DNA of 64,000 bases from Mycobacterium sp. Lineage in GTDB: Bacteria > Actinomycetota > Actinomycetes > Mycobacteriales > Mycobacteriaceae. Location of the stretch: NCBI GenBank assembly GCA_022841565.1, contig JALHRH010000002.1, forward strand, positions 8,575 through 72,574. The letters are read 5' to 3'. Of the stretch, positions 32,959 to 43,536 are shown piece after piece; the stretch's first letter is position 1; the number at the start of each line of letters is the position of its first letter. Position numbers and translations under genes: made by a program. The notes under the pieces are model-generated. The model saw nothing but the letters and a program-made list of their open reading frames with translations. It was not told the origin of the DNA and ran no database searches.

Positions 32959-34383
32959 GTGATGACCGTGTGGATGGCGGCGCCGCCCGAAGTGCATTCC
33001 AGCCTGCTGAGCAATGGTCCGGGAGCCGGTTCCCTACTGGCCGCCGCGTCCGGATGGCACACCCTCAGTATCGAGTTCGATGCGGTGGCGGCGGAGTTGA
33101 CGTCGGTGCTTGCCACCGTGCAGGGCGGCGCGTGGGATGGCCCGACGGCTGCCCGTTACGCGGCCGCCCACGTGCCGTATCTGGACTGGCTGATGCAGAC
33201 CAGCGCCAAGTGCGCCGGCGCCGCGGCACAGCACGAGGTGGTTGCGGCCGCGTACACCGCTGCGCTGGCAGCCATGCCGACCCTGGCCGACCTGACTGCC
33301 AACCATGCTGTGCACGGTGTGCTGGTGGCGACGAACTTCTTCGGACTCAACACGATCCCGATCGCCCTGAACGAAGCCGACTACGTCCGCATGTGGATCC
33401 AGGCGGCCACGACAATGACTGTCTACCAAACACTTTCGAATTCCGCGCTGGTCTTGGTGGCGCCGGCGGCACCATCACCCCCGGTCCTGGCCGCGGCGGC
33501 GACGACGATACCGCCCACCGATCCCATCGAGGAAGCGCTGGCCTGGTCCGAGCACTTCTCGAGCATGTACCGGGTGCTCAAGAGGCTCGTCACCAATCCG
33601 TTCGGGACGGTGGTGCAGATCATCACCGACTTCGCGACCAATCCGGCAGCAGCGATGACCACCTGGCTACCGATGATCTACGTGTTCGCCTACGCGGCGA
33701 CGTTCGCCTTGTTGGGATCGCCCATCTACACGGTCATCGCTGCGCCGGGGTTCGCCGCGATCCCGCTCGCACTCAGCCTTTCCGCGCTGTGCGCCCTTCC
33801 CGAAATCGCGGCCGCAGCCAGCGCCGAAACACCTGTGGTTGTCGCCGAACGCGCACTGCCCGTCACCGGCATCACGGTGACCGCGACGGCGGGTGCGGCA
33901 CCGGTGCCCAGTACCGCTCCTCCCTCGCAGGCGCCGGCTGCTCCGGTCGTGACCGGTGCAGCCGCAATCACGCCCGGCCAGGGATTCGCTTACCTCGTCG
34001 GCCCGGGCCCCGGCCCCGGCCCGGCTGTCGGTCCCGCCCAGCACAACAAGGCGACCGCGAGCGCCCCCGCGACACGAATCGCCGCGCCGTCCGCGACTGC
34101 CGCCACCGGTACCACCCGGGCCCGCAGGCGTCGCCGCGACGACCTGGACAGTCGCGGCTACCGCGACGAGTTCTTAACCCTGGACAGCACTGCGGCACCT
34201 GAGAAACCCTCGGTCGGCCACTCCGGTGCGGGCGCCGGGCCGCTCGGATTCGCCGGCACCGCAACGTTATCCGGCATCGACAACGCCGGCGGGTTGACCA
34301 CCCTCGCCGGAGACTCCTTCACCGGCGCACCAACTGTCCCGATGATGCCCGCCACCTGGGATGACGTGAGTCGCCGGACGTGA
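32959..34383 (+). CDS. PPE family protein (PPW-type C-terminus)
   Basis: [37 protein letters not shown]... is a PPE domain. The C-terminus has GFAGT and PMMPATW (PxxPxxW) motifs. GTG 32959 is 6 nt after GGGAGGA. The ORF opens at 32932. Confidence 0.9.
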   Translation: MMTVWMAAPPEVHSSLLSNGPGAGSLLAAASGWHTLSIEFDAVAAELTSVLATVQGGAWDGPTAARYAAAHVPYLDWLMQTSAKCAGAAAQHEVVAAAYTAALAAMPTLADLTANHAVHGVLVATNFFGLNTIPIALNEADYVRMWIQAATTMTVYQTLSNSALVLVAPAAPSPPVLAAAATTIPPTDPIEEALAWSEHFSSMYRVLKRLVTNPFGTVVQIITDFATNPAAAMTTWLPMIYVFAYAATFALLGSPIYTVIAAPGFAAIPLALSLSALCALPEIAAAASAETPVVVAERALPVTGITVTATAGAAPVPSTAPPSQAPAAPVVTGAAAITPGQGFAYLVGPGPGPGPAVGPAQHNKATASAPATRIAAPSATAATGTTRARRRRRDDLDSRGYRDEFLTLDSTAAPEKPSVGHSGAGAGPLGFAGTATLSGIDNAGGLTTLAGDSFTGAPTVPMMPATWDDVSRRT

Positions 34384-34441
34384 GGGCCGGAAATCACCAG
34401 GTCCGCTGTTGCGGCCGGCCCTCACGCCCGACGACGGTCTT

Positions 34442-34767
34442 CTAGAGGATGTAGAGCATCTCCTGGTAGCTGGGCAACGACCAACGGTCATCTGCCACCA
34501 CTGCTTCCAGCGTGTCAGCCGCGTCCGCACCGCGCCCATCGCCGGCGGCAGCTCCTTCTGGGCGTGCGTAGCCTCCTCCAGCGCGGAGCTCGCCGAGTTG
34601 CCGGACAGCGCCGCCTTCAAGGTCGTCAGCGCGGCGGTCAGATCGGCGAGCGGAGCCGAAACCGCTTCCAGCGCAGCGGTGCTGGAGTCGACACCGGCGG
34701 CTTTCAGGGTGGCGACGTTCTGGGCCAGCTCGGTCTGGTAGCGCACGGACGCACCGCATCGTGTTTT
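34442..34767 (-). pseudogene. 5'-truncated, frameshifted gene remnant (possibly the C-terminal tail of a type III glutamine synthetase)
   Basis: Two minus-strand frames with high GC3 join near 34520. Frame A reads ...VRYQTELAQNVATLKAAGVDSSTAALEAVSAPLADLTAALTTLKAALSGNSASSALEEATHAQKELPPAMGAVR. Frame B reads AADTLEAVVADDRWSLPSYQEMLYIL*. An in-frame stop lies at 34768-34770 and no N-terminal part is present. The family guess is from memory only. Confidence 0.4.
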
Positions 34768-34839
34768 CTAGGCGAACAACGGGACGCTGTCCATCAGCGC
34801 TACCACCGACCACGATGCTCTGCCCGCTACGCGCAATGC

Positions 34840-36168
34840 ATGGACACTGCGTTTCAGGAACTGCTTGCCGCAGCGGTCGGAGCTGCGGGATATCGTGACC
34901 GCGTGACGAACGGCGGCCGGTCTTCAAAGGAGTTGCGGCGCAGCCTCGGCGTCAGCGACGCGGTGGTGATCGGGTTGAGCTCCATGATCGGAGCCGGGAT
35001 CTTTGCGGCGCTGGCGCCGGCGGCGCGGGCTGCGGGGGCCGGTCTGTTGATCGGACTGGCAGCTGCCGGTGTCCTCGCGTACTGCAACGCGATGTCGTCG
35101 GCGCGGTTGGCCGCGCTGTATCCCGCGTCCGGAGGCACCTATGTCTACGGGCGCGAGCGATTGGGTGAGTTCTGGGGCTTTCTCGCGGGTTGGGGATTTG
35201 TCGTCGGCAAGACGGCCTCCTGCGCCGCGATGGCTTTGACGGTCGGGACGTACGCATGGCCCGCTCACGCACACCCAGTTGCGGTGCTAGCGGTACTGAG
35301 CCTGACCGTGGTCAACTACCTGGGCGTACAGAAGTCGACGTGGCTGGCGCGCAGCATCGTCGCGACGGTCCTACTTGTGCTGGCAGCTGTGGTGGTAGCG
35401 GCATTCGGGTTCGGCGCGCCTGATCCGGTTGCGAATCTCACAGCTTTCCAAGGCGTCTCGATCGGTGGAGTTTTGCAATCGGCGGGCTTGCTGTTCTTCG
35501 CGTTCGCTGGCTATGCCCGCATCGCCACCCTGGGCGAGGAAGTTCGCGAGCCGGCCCGCACCATCCCACGGGCGATTCTGATTGCGCTGGCGGTCACGCT
35601 GGCGGTGTACGCCACTGTCGCGGTTGCCGTGCTGACAGTGCTGGGACCGCAGCAGATCGCCTCGGCGGGCAGGCCCCTGGTGGAGACGGTGCGCCTCACG
35701 GGTGCCGGCTGGTTGGTTCCGGTCGTCGCCGTCGGTGCGGTGCTGGCTGCGCTGGGTTCCCTGCTTTCGCTGCTGCTGGGGGTGTCACGGACCACGTTGG
35801 CGATGGCGCGCGACCGCCATCTTCCGCATCAACTCGACGCGGTGCATCCACAGTTCGCGGTGCCGCACCGTGCCGAGGTTGCGGTCGGAGTGGTGGCGGC
35901 GGCGTTGGCGGCCGCCGTCGATTTGCGCGGCGCGATCGGATTCTCCTCGTTCGCCGTGCTGGTCTACTACGCCATCGCCAACGCGTCCGCCTTCACGCTG
36001 CGGCGGGAGGAAGGCTCGCTGCCCAAGGTCATTCCGGTGTTTGGTGCGCTGGGCTGCGTCGTGGTGGCCTTCGCCCTGCCTGTGACGTCGGTGCTCGGGG
36101 GGGTTGTTTTCCTTGCCTTGGGCGCAACGGTGTACTGGGTCCGGCGCTTGGTGCGACGGGATCGGTGA
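34840..36168 (+). CDS. APC-superfamily amino acid/polyamine permease
   Basis: About 12 TM segments. N-terminal LGVSDAVVIGLSSMIGAGIFAAL signature. ATG 34840; the ORF opens at 34564 but that part is antisense to the remnant above. Confidence 0.85.
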   Translation: MDTAFQELLAAAVGAAGYRDRVTNGGRSSKELRRSLGVSDAVVIGLSSMIGAGIFAALAPAARAAGAGLLIGLAAAGVLAYCNAMSSARLAALYPASGGTYVYGRERLGEFWGFLAGWGFVVGKTASCAAMALTVGTYAWPAHAHPVAVLAVLSLTVVNYLGVQKSTWLARSIVATVLLVLAAVVVAAFGFGAPDPVANLTAFQGVSIGGVLQSAGLLFFAFAGYARIATLGEEVREPARTIPRAILIALAVTLAVYATVAVAVLTVLGPQQIASAGRPLVETVRLTGAGWLVPVVAVGAVLAALGSLLSLLLGVSRTTLAMARDRHLPHQLDAVHPQFAVPHRAEVAVGVVAAALAAAVDLRGAIGFSSFAVLVYYAIANASAFTLRREEGSLPKVIPVFGALGCVVVAFALPVTSVLGGVVFLALGATVYWVRRLVRRDR

Positions 36169-36216
36169 GGGTTGCCTTGCTGGCGTGACTCGCGTTGGTG
36201 CGGTTGGCTTTACCTC

Positions 36217-36948
36217 GTGGTTGACGATCAGCGGAGCCAACGAAGTCATCATCCGTCCGAGCCGCACCGAGAAGGCGCCTCCGGCAGGTTGAACTGGCTG
36301 CGGGCGGCGGTACTCGGCGCCAACGACGGCGTGGTCTCCGTCGCCGGCCTCGTGGTCGGTGTCGCCGGGGCGACTGCCGCCCGCGGCCCCATCTTCACCG
36401 CCGGGCTGGCCGGCCTGGTCGCCGGCGCCGTGTCGATGGCGCTCGGCGAGTACGTCTCGGTATCCAGTCAGCGCGACAGCGAACGGGCGCAGCTCGCCAA
36501 GGAACGTCACGAACTGCGTGACACTCCGGAAGGCGAACTGGCCGAGCTCACCGCGATCTACGAGGCGAAAGGCCTGCGGCCCCGGACCGCGGCGCAGGTG
36601 GCAAGGGAACTGACCGAGCACGACGCGTTCACCGCGCATGCCGAGGCCGAGCTAAAGATCAATCCCGCGGAATTGACCAATCCGTGGCATGCCGCTGCCG
36701 CATCAGCCGGCGCTTTCGTCGCCGGCGCGCTGCTTCCGCTCGTGGCAATCCTCTTGCCTCCCGCCGCCTGGCGGGTGCCGGTGACGTTTGTCGCGGTGTT
36801 GATCGCCTTGGGCCTAGCGGGTGCGCTCGGCGCCCGGATCGGCGGTAGCCGGGTGCGCCGCGCGGTGCTGCGCGTCATCGTTGGCGGCGCCGCGGGACTG
36901 GCTTTCACCTACGGGGTGGGCCACCTTTTCGGCACCGCGGTGGCCTGA
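36217..36948 (+). CDS. VIT1/CCC1-family (DUF125) iron/manganese transporter
   Basis: EPHREGASGRLNWLRAAVLGANDGVVSVAGLVVGVAGA signature, a central cytosolic helical region, and C-terminal TM helices. Start uncertain (TTG 36172 or GTG 36217). Confidence 0.8.
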   Translation: MVDDQRSQRSHHPSEPHREGASGRLNWLRAAVLGANDGVVSVAGLVVGVAGATAARGPIFTAGLAGLVAGAVSMALGEYVSVSSQRDSERAQLAKERHELRDTPEGELAELTAIYEAKGLRPRTAAQVARELTEHDAFTAHAEAELKINPAELTNPWHAAAASAGAFVAGALLPLVAILLPPAAWRVPVTFVAVLIALGLAGALGARIGGSRVRRAVLRVIVGGAAGLAFTYGVGHLFGTAVA

Positions 36949-37028
36949 CGCTATACGGCTTTGGTCCCCGTCAGGAGAGGACTTTTGGCAGGCGCGATGC
37001 TAGGCCATCAGTCAATAGTCTGTTTGCT

Positions 37029-37484
37029 ATGACGTATCGAAGCCAAGACCACGTTGGCGCCACCATCCTGTCCGCACACGAATGCTGGCAGCTGCTGGCA
37101 AGTATGACGTTGGGCCGATTGGTGACGGCCGTCGACGGGCGCCCCGAGATCTTCCCGGTTAACTACGTCGTGCAACGCAAGACCATTCTGTTCCGGACCG
37201 CGGGCGGCACCAAGCTGGTCAGCACCGCGATCAACAACCAAGTGGTGTTCGAAGTCGACGACCACAACGTCGCCGAAGGCTGGAGCGTGATCGTTAAGGG
37301 CACCGCACGTTCGGTGCGCAGCGACGAAGACATCGCCGAGGCCGAACGCGCCCAGCTGCTGCCGTGGACGGACTCAGAGAAATCGCACTACGTGCGGGTC
37401 ATACCGGAGGCAGTGACGGGACGGCGATTCCAGTTCAGCCCTCGGGGACAGCAGCGGATCGCGGCGACCACCGAAACCTGCTAG
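37029..37484 (+). CDS. pyridoxamine 5'-phosphate oxidase-family (split-barrel flavin/F420-binding) protein
   Basis: 151 aa. ...CWQLLASMTLGRLVTAVDGRPEIFPVNYVVQRKTILFRTAGGTKL... is typical of the PPOX-like family. Confidence 0.75.
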   Translation: MTYRSQDHVGATILSAHECWQLLASMTLGRLVTAVDGRPEIFPVNYVVQRKTILFRTAGGTKLVSTAINNQVVFEVDDHNVAEGWSVIVKGTARSVRSDEDIAEAERAQLLPWTDSEKSHYVRVIPEAVTGRRFQFSPRGQQRIAATTETC

Positions 37485-37495
37485 CCGACTGGCAT

Positions 37496-39424
37496 TCAGT
37501 CGCTGCTACGCGCGAAGCTCACCTGCACGTCGGTGCTGGGGCAGGCGCTGCCCGAGAGTTCCTCGTGGCCATGACCCGTCAGCGATGTGATCGGATTCTG
37601 TAGCGGTTGCGGAAGGACAAAGGGCACAATGATTCTCACGTGGGCCATCCCGCCCTTGTAGCACCTGCCGTCGAATTCCCGGTCGTAGGTCCAGCGTCCA
37701 TCCGCGTAGAGCAGTACCATCGCGGTGGCCGGAGCGGTGTGGAACAGACTCACACACCGAGCGCCGGTGCGCAGGCAGTCGGTTCGGACATCATAGTCCC
37801 GCTGCTCCTTGAAACCGTTTGGCTGCAAAGATGTTTGGCGGTAACGGCCATGCAAAGCAGCCGCCGGCGACGTCACCCGCGGGGGTAGGGCGGCCGGGTC
37901 GGGCAGGCTGTTGACGTCAGCATCTCCGGTGCGGGTAAATGTCACCGTGCGCTTGTTCGCGCAACCCTTGGCCATCGTCTGGGTGGCTTCACCGGTGAGC
38001 GAGCCATCTGGCTGCGCCTGCAGCGTAAACGTCTCCCAGACTTCGCCTTCGGCGTCGTCACAGGTACTCGAGCCGAGGCTGACCGCCACCCAGCTGCCAT
38101 CGACCTCGTCCAACACCATGGTTGGCACCTGCATGGTGTCACCGCCCAGCCGCGACGCGGTAGCCATACATCCGGCAGACCCGCACACTGAACGCACGGC
38201 CCACGTCTCGGTGGTCGATGTCACCGCGACTGGAGCCGGTTGGCCATCGACACCGGTCACCACTCCGAACTCGACCTGATACGAACCCGTGAATGGACCG
38301 GTGTTGGGTGCTGATCGAGTCCTGGTGGGCGAGGTGTCGGCAGTTGATGCCTTCGCATTCGAGTGATAACGAGAGATCATCGTCTCCCCCGCCATGACGC
38401 CGCCGACAAGCACGGTGATGCACGACAGCGCCGCGACCAGAACCCGGGTACGCCTGCGGCGTGCGTTGACAGCTTGGGGCAGAGCCGGCAGCGTGGCGCT
38501 GAGCGTGGTTTGCGACGGGTACTCCAGGACCGTGCCACCCGGAATCTCACCGGCGTAAACGAAACCCGGAGCCGAATACCGGGCCAGCAGGTCGGCGAAC
38601 TCCTGGCAGCTACCGAATCGGTGAGCAGGGTCCTTCGCCATCGCGGTGGCGAATATCCAATCCAGCCCACCCAACTCGGGACGGGACGCCCCTACAGAGG
38701 GCGGCGGCGCGCTGACATGTCGACTGATCACCACCGCGGAATTGGAGTCGTCGAAGGGCGGTACGCCGGTCAGCAGATGAAATGCGGTGCAAGCCAGGGC
38801 ATACTGATCGGCCCGCCCATCGATAGGCTCACCGCGTAGTTGCTCGGGCGCGGAGTAATTGACCGTGCCGACCACCATATCGGTGGCAGTCAATCCGACC
38901 ACGTCATCGATGCGTCGCGCGATGCCGAAATCAGCAAGGTATATCCCCCGCGGCTGGTTCCCTTCGTCTTCCAGGAGAATGTTGGCCGGTTTGACGTCCC
39001 GGTGCAGCAGGCCTCGTTGATGGGCATAGTCCAGCGCCGAAGCGACGGCGGCGACGATCGCCACCACCTCATTTAACGGCATTCCGCCGGAGAATCTTTC
39101 GCGCAATAGCCGGGACGCGTCGGCGCCGGCCACATAATCCATAGAGAGCCAGAACTGGCCATCGTGTTCACCACGGTCGTGGATTCGGACGATGTGTGGG
39201 TGCGACAAACCCGCAGCCAGCTCGGCTTCCCGCTCAAATCGCGCGCGGTAGACCGGGTCGACACTCCACTGCGCAGGCAGTATCTTGAGCGCATTTTCAC
39301 GCGGCAAGCGCGGGTGCGCCGCCAGGTAGACGGTGCCCATTCCACCGGCACCCAGCACCCGAAGGATCCGGAATCCGGCGAATAGCTGTCCGGTCGTCAA
39401 CGTCAGCGGGTGTTTGGTTTCCAC
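37496..39424 (-). CDS. transmembrane Ser/Thr protein kinase (PknI/PknJ-like kinase domain) with uncharacterised Cys-containing ectodomain
   Basis: [21 protein letters not shown]...ALKIL...[11 protein letters not shown]...LADFGIA kinase motifs. One TM helix ([19 protein letters not shown]). A ~270-aa extracellular region with no motif I recognise. GTG 39424 is preceded by AAGGAAAG. The ORF opens at 39514. Confidence 0.85.
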   Translation of the reverse strand: METKHPLTLTTGQLFAGFRILRVLGAGGMGTVYLAAHPRLPRENALKILPAQWSVDPVYRARFEREAELAAGLSHPHIVRIHDRGEHDGQFWLSMDYVAGADASRLLRERFSGGMPLNEVVAIVAAVASALDYAHQRGLLHRDVKPANILLEDEGNQPRGIYLADFGIARRIDDVVGLTATDMVVGTVNYSAPEQLRGEPIDGRADQYALACTAFHLLTGVPPFDDSNSAVVISRHVSAPPPSVGASRPELGGLDWIFATAMAKDPAHRFGSCQEFADLLARYSAPGFVYAGEIPGGTVLEYPSQTTLSATLPALPQAVNARRRRTRVLVAALSCITVLVGGVMAGETMISRYHSNAKASTADTSPTRTRSAPNTGPFTGSYQVEFGVVTGVDGQPAPVAVTSTTETWAVRSVCGSAGCMATASRLGGDTMQVPTMVLDEVDGSWVAVSLGSSTCDDAEGEVWETFTLQAQPDGSLTGEATQTMAKGCANKRTVTFTRTGDADVNSLPDPAALPPRVTSPAAALHGRYRQTSLQPNGFKEQRDYDVRTDCLRTGARCVSLFHTAPATAMVLLYADGRWTYDREFDGRCYKGGMAHVRIIVPFVLPQPLQNPITSLTGHGHEELSGSACPSTDVQVSFARSSD

Positions 39425-39522
39425 GGTAGCTTTCCTTCTGCGCTGGGCAGCCCCTGTGCCGGGCCAGCCTGATACAGCCGACACACATACGGTGCCGCGC
39501 AACGCTTGCCCCATCTTGGCAC

Positions 39523-39566
39523 AATTCTTGCGGAATTCCTGCGGAATTCTTGCGGAGTTCTTGCGG
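39523..39566. repeat. four tandem 11-bp repeats (AATTCTTGCGG / AATTCCTGCGG / AATTCTTGCGG / AGTTCTTGCGG), copy A of a duplicated intergenic module
   Basis: Read directly. Lies between the MMPL stop (39576) and the kinase start (39424). The same motif recurs at 59755-59787. Confidence 0.9.
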
Positions 39567-39575
39567 GGCTTGGAT

Positions 39576-41804
39576 TTAACGGCACTGGCTCGGCGCCTCG
39601 CTCAGCCCGAACCGCTCGTGCAGGCGGGCCAGGGGTTTCGGTGCCCACCAGTTGACCCGGCCGAGCACATGCATGAACGCTGGCACCAGCACCATGCGGA
39701 CCAGTGTGGCGTCGGCAATTACCGCCACCGTCAGACCAAACCCGAACAACCGCATGAAGGACACCTGTGCGGCCATCAACGCCGAGAATGAGATCGCCAT
39801 GATGAGCGCCGCAGCGGTGATCACCCGGGCCGTGTGCGCCAGCCCGAGCGCGACGCTCTCATCGTTGGCGCCCGGGCCCTGATCGGACGTCAGCCAGTAC
39901 TCCCGGATCCGCGAAATCAGGAAGACCTCGTAATCCATCGACAAGCCAAAAGCGATGCAGAACAACAAGACCGGCAACTGAACACCCAGGCTGCCGGTCG
40001 CCGCCGTGCCCAACCCACCCAGGTGGCCCTCCTGGAAAACCCACACCAGTGCGCCGAATGCCGCGGTCAGCGACAGCGTGTTCATCAATAGAGCCTTGAT
40101 AGGCAGCACTGCGCTGCCGGTCAACAGGAACACCAGCGCCATGGTGATGACGGCGATGAGCGTGAGTACGACCGGTAGGCGGGATGCGATCGCGTGCACA
40201 CTGTCCCGATTGCTTTGTGCCACCCCGGTCAGCCATACGGGTCTGCCCTGCGGCGCCGGCACCGCATGCAGTCGGTCCAGCTGGTCGGTGGAAGCGTTGG
40301 TGTACAGCGGCGCGGTGGTACCGACGGTCAGGAAGGCGCTGCCGTCCCTGACGCCGGAGGGCGCCGAGGGTGGACCGACACGTTGCCCGTCGACCAACGT
40401 GCCGTCCAGCCATGCTATCCGCTTCACCCCCGGCACCCGAGAGAGCCCCGCGGCGTACGAATCGAGTTCGGCAGCAGACAGATTCGAAGCGTCCGGAAGC
40501 ACGACGGTGATGTCGGGCACCCCCCGGTCCGGAAAGTCACTGCGTAGTAGATCGCCCACCTGGCGCGCGGTGGCTGAGGTGGGCAGGATCCGGTCGTCCG
40601 CAAAGCCCCAGCGGGCACGGTGGAACGGCGAGCCCAACAGCAGCAAGAGCGCGATGATCGCGACGCCGATGGGCAGCGCGCGGCGCATCACGGTTTTCGT
40701 CCAGTCGTACCAGGACCAGCGCGGCAGTAACTCGCTCGGACCCGCTGAACCCCAGAGGATCCGGCGCAGCAACGGGCGCACATCCCAGGATTCGAGACGG
40801 CGATCCAACAGCACGATTGCCGCCGGCGTCACGGTGATCGCTGCACCAGCGGCGAACGCCACCACTGCGGTTCCTGCGTAGGCAAACGATTTCAGGAAGT
40901 AGGGCGGGAAGAGCACCATTGTCGCCATGGACAAGGCAACCGTCATGGCTGAGAACAAGACGGTGCGGCCGGCGGTAGCCATGGTCCGAACCAACGCCGC
41001 CTCCTGAGTCCGGCCGTCTGCCAGCTCGTCACGGAATCGACTCAAGATCAGCAGGGTATAGTCCACGGCCAGCGCCATGCCCATCGCGACGGACAGGTTG
41101 AGCGCGAAGATCGACACGTTGGTGAGCAGCGCGATGGTGCGCAGCGATGCCAGAGACCCCAGGATCGCGAATACGCCGACGGCCACCGGAAGGGCCGCCG
41201 CGACCAGGCCGCCGAATACCCAAACCAGCACCAGAAAGGTCAGCGGCAATGCCACCGACTCCATGAGCAGCAAGTCTTTTTGAGTCTGGGCGTTCACCTG
41301 CCAATATACGGTGGCATCTCCGCCGGCGCGCACGATGACGCCGTCGCGGTCGTGGACGAGTTCGTCGGACAGCCGCTTCGCGTTGAGTTGGGCCTTGCTC
41401 TCGCCGCCGCAGATGGTGGCCACGATCAGACCGGTCTTACCGTCCTTGCTGAAAAACGCCGACGCCGCTTCGGGCGGTGCGGTCCACCCCGACTGCACCT
41501 CGCGAACGTCCGGCGAATTCTTCAGTCGGCGAACAAGATCGGTGCCGACCGCACTGGCCTGCCGCCGGTCTGCGCCATCCGGGGAGGTTACGGCGATCAC
41601 CATGGTCATATCGCCCTGGCCGAACTTCTGCGACAACAACGTACTGGCTTTCGACGATTCCGAGCCGGGGTCGAGCCCGCCGCCGCCCGAAAGTTGCTTG
41701 ATCACCGGGACACCGAATATCGCGGCGCCGACCATGACCAGCATTGCCACGGCGATGACCCGGCGGGGGTAGGCGATGGCAAGGCGACTGATCCAGTACA
41801 GCAA
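39576..41804 (-). CDS. MMPL-family (RND superfamily) transporter, short 742-aa form
   Basis: [31 protein letters not shown]... start and two 6-TM bundles with intervening soluble loops. TTG start is 6 nt after GGAGGA and 13 nt after the ABC stop. Confidence 0.9.
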   Translation of the reverse strand: MLYWISRLAIAYPRRVIAVAMLVMVGAAIFGVPVIKQLSGGGGLDPGSESSKASTLLSQKFGQGDMTMVIAVTSPDGADRRQASAVGTDLVRRLKNSPDVREVQSGWTAPPEAASAFFSKDGKTGLIVATICGGESKAQLNAKRLSDELVHDRDGVIVRAGGDATVYWQVNAQTQKDLLLMESVALPLTFLVLVWVFGGLVAAALPVAVGVFAILGSLASLRTIALLTNVSIFALNLSVAMGMALAVDYTLLILSRFRDELADGRTQEAALVRTMATAGRTVLFSAMTVALSMATMVLFPPYFLKSFAYAGTAVVAFAAGAAITVTPAAIVLLDRRLESWDVRPLLRRILWGSAGPSELLPRWSWYDWTKTVMRRALPIGVAIIALLLLLGSPFHRARWGFADDRILPTSATARQVGDLLRSDFPDRGVPDITVVLPDASNLSAAELDSYAAGLSRVPGVKRIAWLDGTLVDGQRVGPPSAPSGVRDGSAFLTVGTTAPLYTNASTDQLDRLHAVPAPQGRPVWLTGVAQSNRDSVHAIASRLPVVLTLIAVITMALVFLLTGSAVLPIKALLMNTLSLTAAFGALVWVFQEGHLGGLGTAATGSLGVQLPVLLFCIAFGLSMDYEVFLISRIREYWLTSDQGPGANDESVALGLAHTARVITAAALIMAISFSALMAAQVSFMRLFGFGLTVAVIADATLVRMVLVPAFMHVLGRVNWWAPKPLARLHERFGLSEAPSQCR

Positions 41805-41817
41805 GGCGATTCCTCCG

Positions 41818-43536
41818 TTAGTGCCGCACCAGTTCGTGTTCGATCAATTCGCGGTAGACCCGCGTGCGCATCAGCTCGGTATGGGTTCCAGTGGCTTGGA
41901 TGCGGCCTCCTTGCAGAACCAGGATTTGACCGGCGTTGGTGACGGTCGAGAGCCGGTGGGCAACCACGAGGAGGCTGCGCTGCTCGCGGGCATGCAACAG
42001 ATTGGCCATGACGTCGTACTCGTTGGCGCGGTCGAGATGCGAGGTTGGTTCGTCCATCAGGATGAGCTGCGACCGCGACAGAAACGCCCTGGCTAGGGCC
42101 AGTCGCTGGCGTTGGCCGCCGGACAGGCTGCGGCCACGCTCCTGCACGGGGCTGTCGAGTCGATCTGGTAGGCGGGTGATTTCGTCGGCGATGTTCGCGT
42201 ATCGGAGGACGCGCCACACGTCGTCGTCGGTGGCAGCGGGATCGGCGATGAGCAGGTTGTCACGGATGGTGCCGTGCAGCACCGGCGCGTCCTGCTCCAA
42301 GAGCCCGAGCCGACCACGCAAGTCCCGCAGCGGCATGGCTCGGATGTCTTGGCCTTCCCAGCGAACCGTCCCAGCGTCCGGGTCGTGAAAGCGGCACAGC
42401 AGCGCCAGAATGGTCGACTTTCCAGCGCCGGACGGCCCGATCAGGGCAGTAATCTGATTTCGGCAGAGCGTGAAGGAGACATCGTCGAGCACTCTCTCCC
42501 CGGAGCCGTACGAGAACGACACGTGCTGGAATTCGACCAGCGGCGCGGTATTGCCCTCCGGTCGCGGAGTTGACGTCGGTGTCACGTCGGTTGCCACGGC
42601 TGGCGGATCGCCTTCGGGCAGTTCGCGCATCGTTGCCAGGAAATGTTCATAGGCCCCCGCGGAGGTACGGCTGGTGGCGAGGGCAGCAAAGCCGGCTGTG
42701 ATGGGAAATACCGCGTACATTGCGAAGGCGAACAGACTGACGAAGTGACCGACGGACAAGCCACCGTCGGTCACCCGGCGTCCGTCAACGACCATGATGG
42801 TCAGGAATGAGATAGTGACACCTAGCCGGATAGCCAGAACGTTGAGAGCCGTTGATGACGCAACCCGAACGCCGGACCGGTAGGCGGCTGCCGCGCTGAC
42901 GCCGATGTACTGCACCTCCCGGTTTTCGGCGCCGAACAGCTTCACCGTGCGGGCCGCGCCCAGCACTCGGTCCAGCCCGGCCGTGTAGTCACCCAGTGCC
43001 ACTTGGCGATCGAGTGAGTCACGTTGGATTCGGGACAGGAATGGGCTGCCCCCACCGAACGCGACTGCCATGACCACTACCACCACACACAGGGTGAGTG
43101 CATCGATCGCCAGCATGAACGCGCTGGCGCCGAGCAGCGTCAGCAGTCCGAAGGCGATGTCCCCTACGGCGCGGGGCATGTCACGCAACTGACTGGCGTC
43201 GCTCGTTCCACGCGCCAGGAGGTCACCGGTGCGACCCCGGTCCAGTACACCGATCGGTAGGCGCACGACATGGTCGGTGAAGTCGGCGCGCAACCGCAAT
43301 ACGATTTTCTCGCCGGTCCGGTCTTGCTGGAAGTGGCCCAGACCCTCCAGCACAAGTTGACACACCAGGACGGCGAGCACCACGAGTACGGCATCCAGGT
43401 CCAGCGCGCCTGCGGTGGCCCGGTCGACCAGCCGACCCACGAGCAGCGGTTGCCAGAGTATGAGGACCGTTGCGGCGCTGAGCAGGGCCATGCTCAGCGT
43501 CATCGAGAGCCAGTGGGGACGCAGCAACTTCAGCAT
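41818..43536 (-). CDS. fused TMD-NBD ABC exporter (type I exporter half-transporter)
   Basis: Six N-terminal TM helices. Walker [10 protein letters not shown], signature LSGGQRQR, Walker [13 protein letters not shown]. The ATG overlaps the NRPS stop (ATGCTGA, 7-nt overlap). Confidence 0.92.
   Translation of the reverse strand: MLKLLRPHWLSMTLSMALLSAATVLILWQPLLVGRLVDRATAGALDLDAVLVVLAVLVCQLVLEGLGHFQQDRTGEKIVLRLRADFTDHVVRLPIGVLDRGRTGDLLARGTSDASQLRDMPRAVGDIAFGLLTLLGASAFMLAIDALTLCVVVVVMAVAFGGGSPFLSRIQRDSLDRQVALGDYTAGLDRVLGAARTVKLFGAENREVQYIGVSAAAAYRSGVRVASSTALNVLAIRLGVTISFLTIMVVDGRRVTDGGLSVGHFVSLFAFAMYAVFPITAGFAALATSRTSAGAYEHFLATMRELPEGDPPAVATDVTPTSTPRPEGNTAPLVEFQHVSFSYGSGERVLDDVSFTLCRNQITALIGPSGAGKSTILALLCRFHDPDAGTVRWEGQDIRAMPLRDLRGRLGLLEQDAPVLHGTIRDNLLIADPAATDDDVWRVLRYANIADEITRLPDRLDSPVQERGRSLSGGQRQRLALARAFLSRSQLILMDEPTSHLDRANEYDVMANLLHAREQRSLLVVAHRLSTVTNAGQILVLQGGRIQATGTHTELMRTRVYRELIEHELVRH

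Noticed and set aside
32916-34202. 428-aa plus-strand ORF overlapping the PPE gene in another frame
   Set aside because: The translation is an Arg/Gly/Pro-rich frame-shifted reading of the PPE gene. The 32959-34383 frame carries the PPE and PxxPxxW motifs.
39523-39566. Considered whether the 11-bp and 18-bp tandem repeats (39523-39566, 59141-59230, 59755-59787) could be CRISPR arrays
   Set aside because: The units are directly abutting with no spacers, are far shorter than CRISPR repeats, and there are no cas genes.
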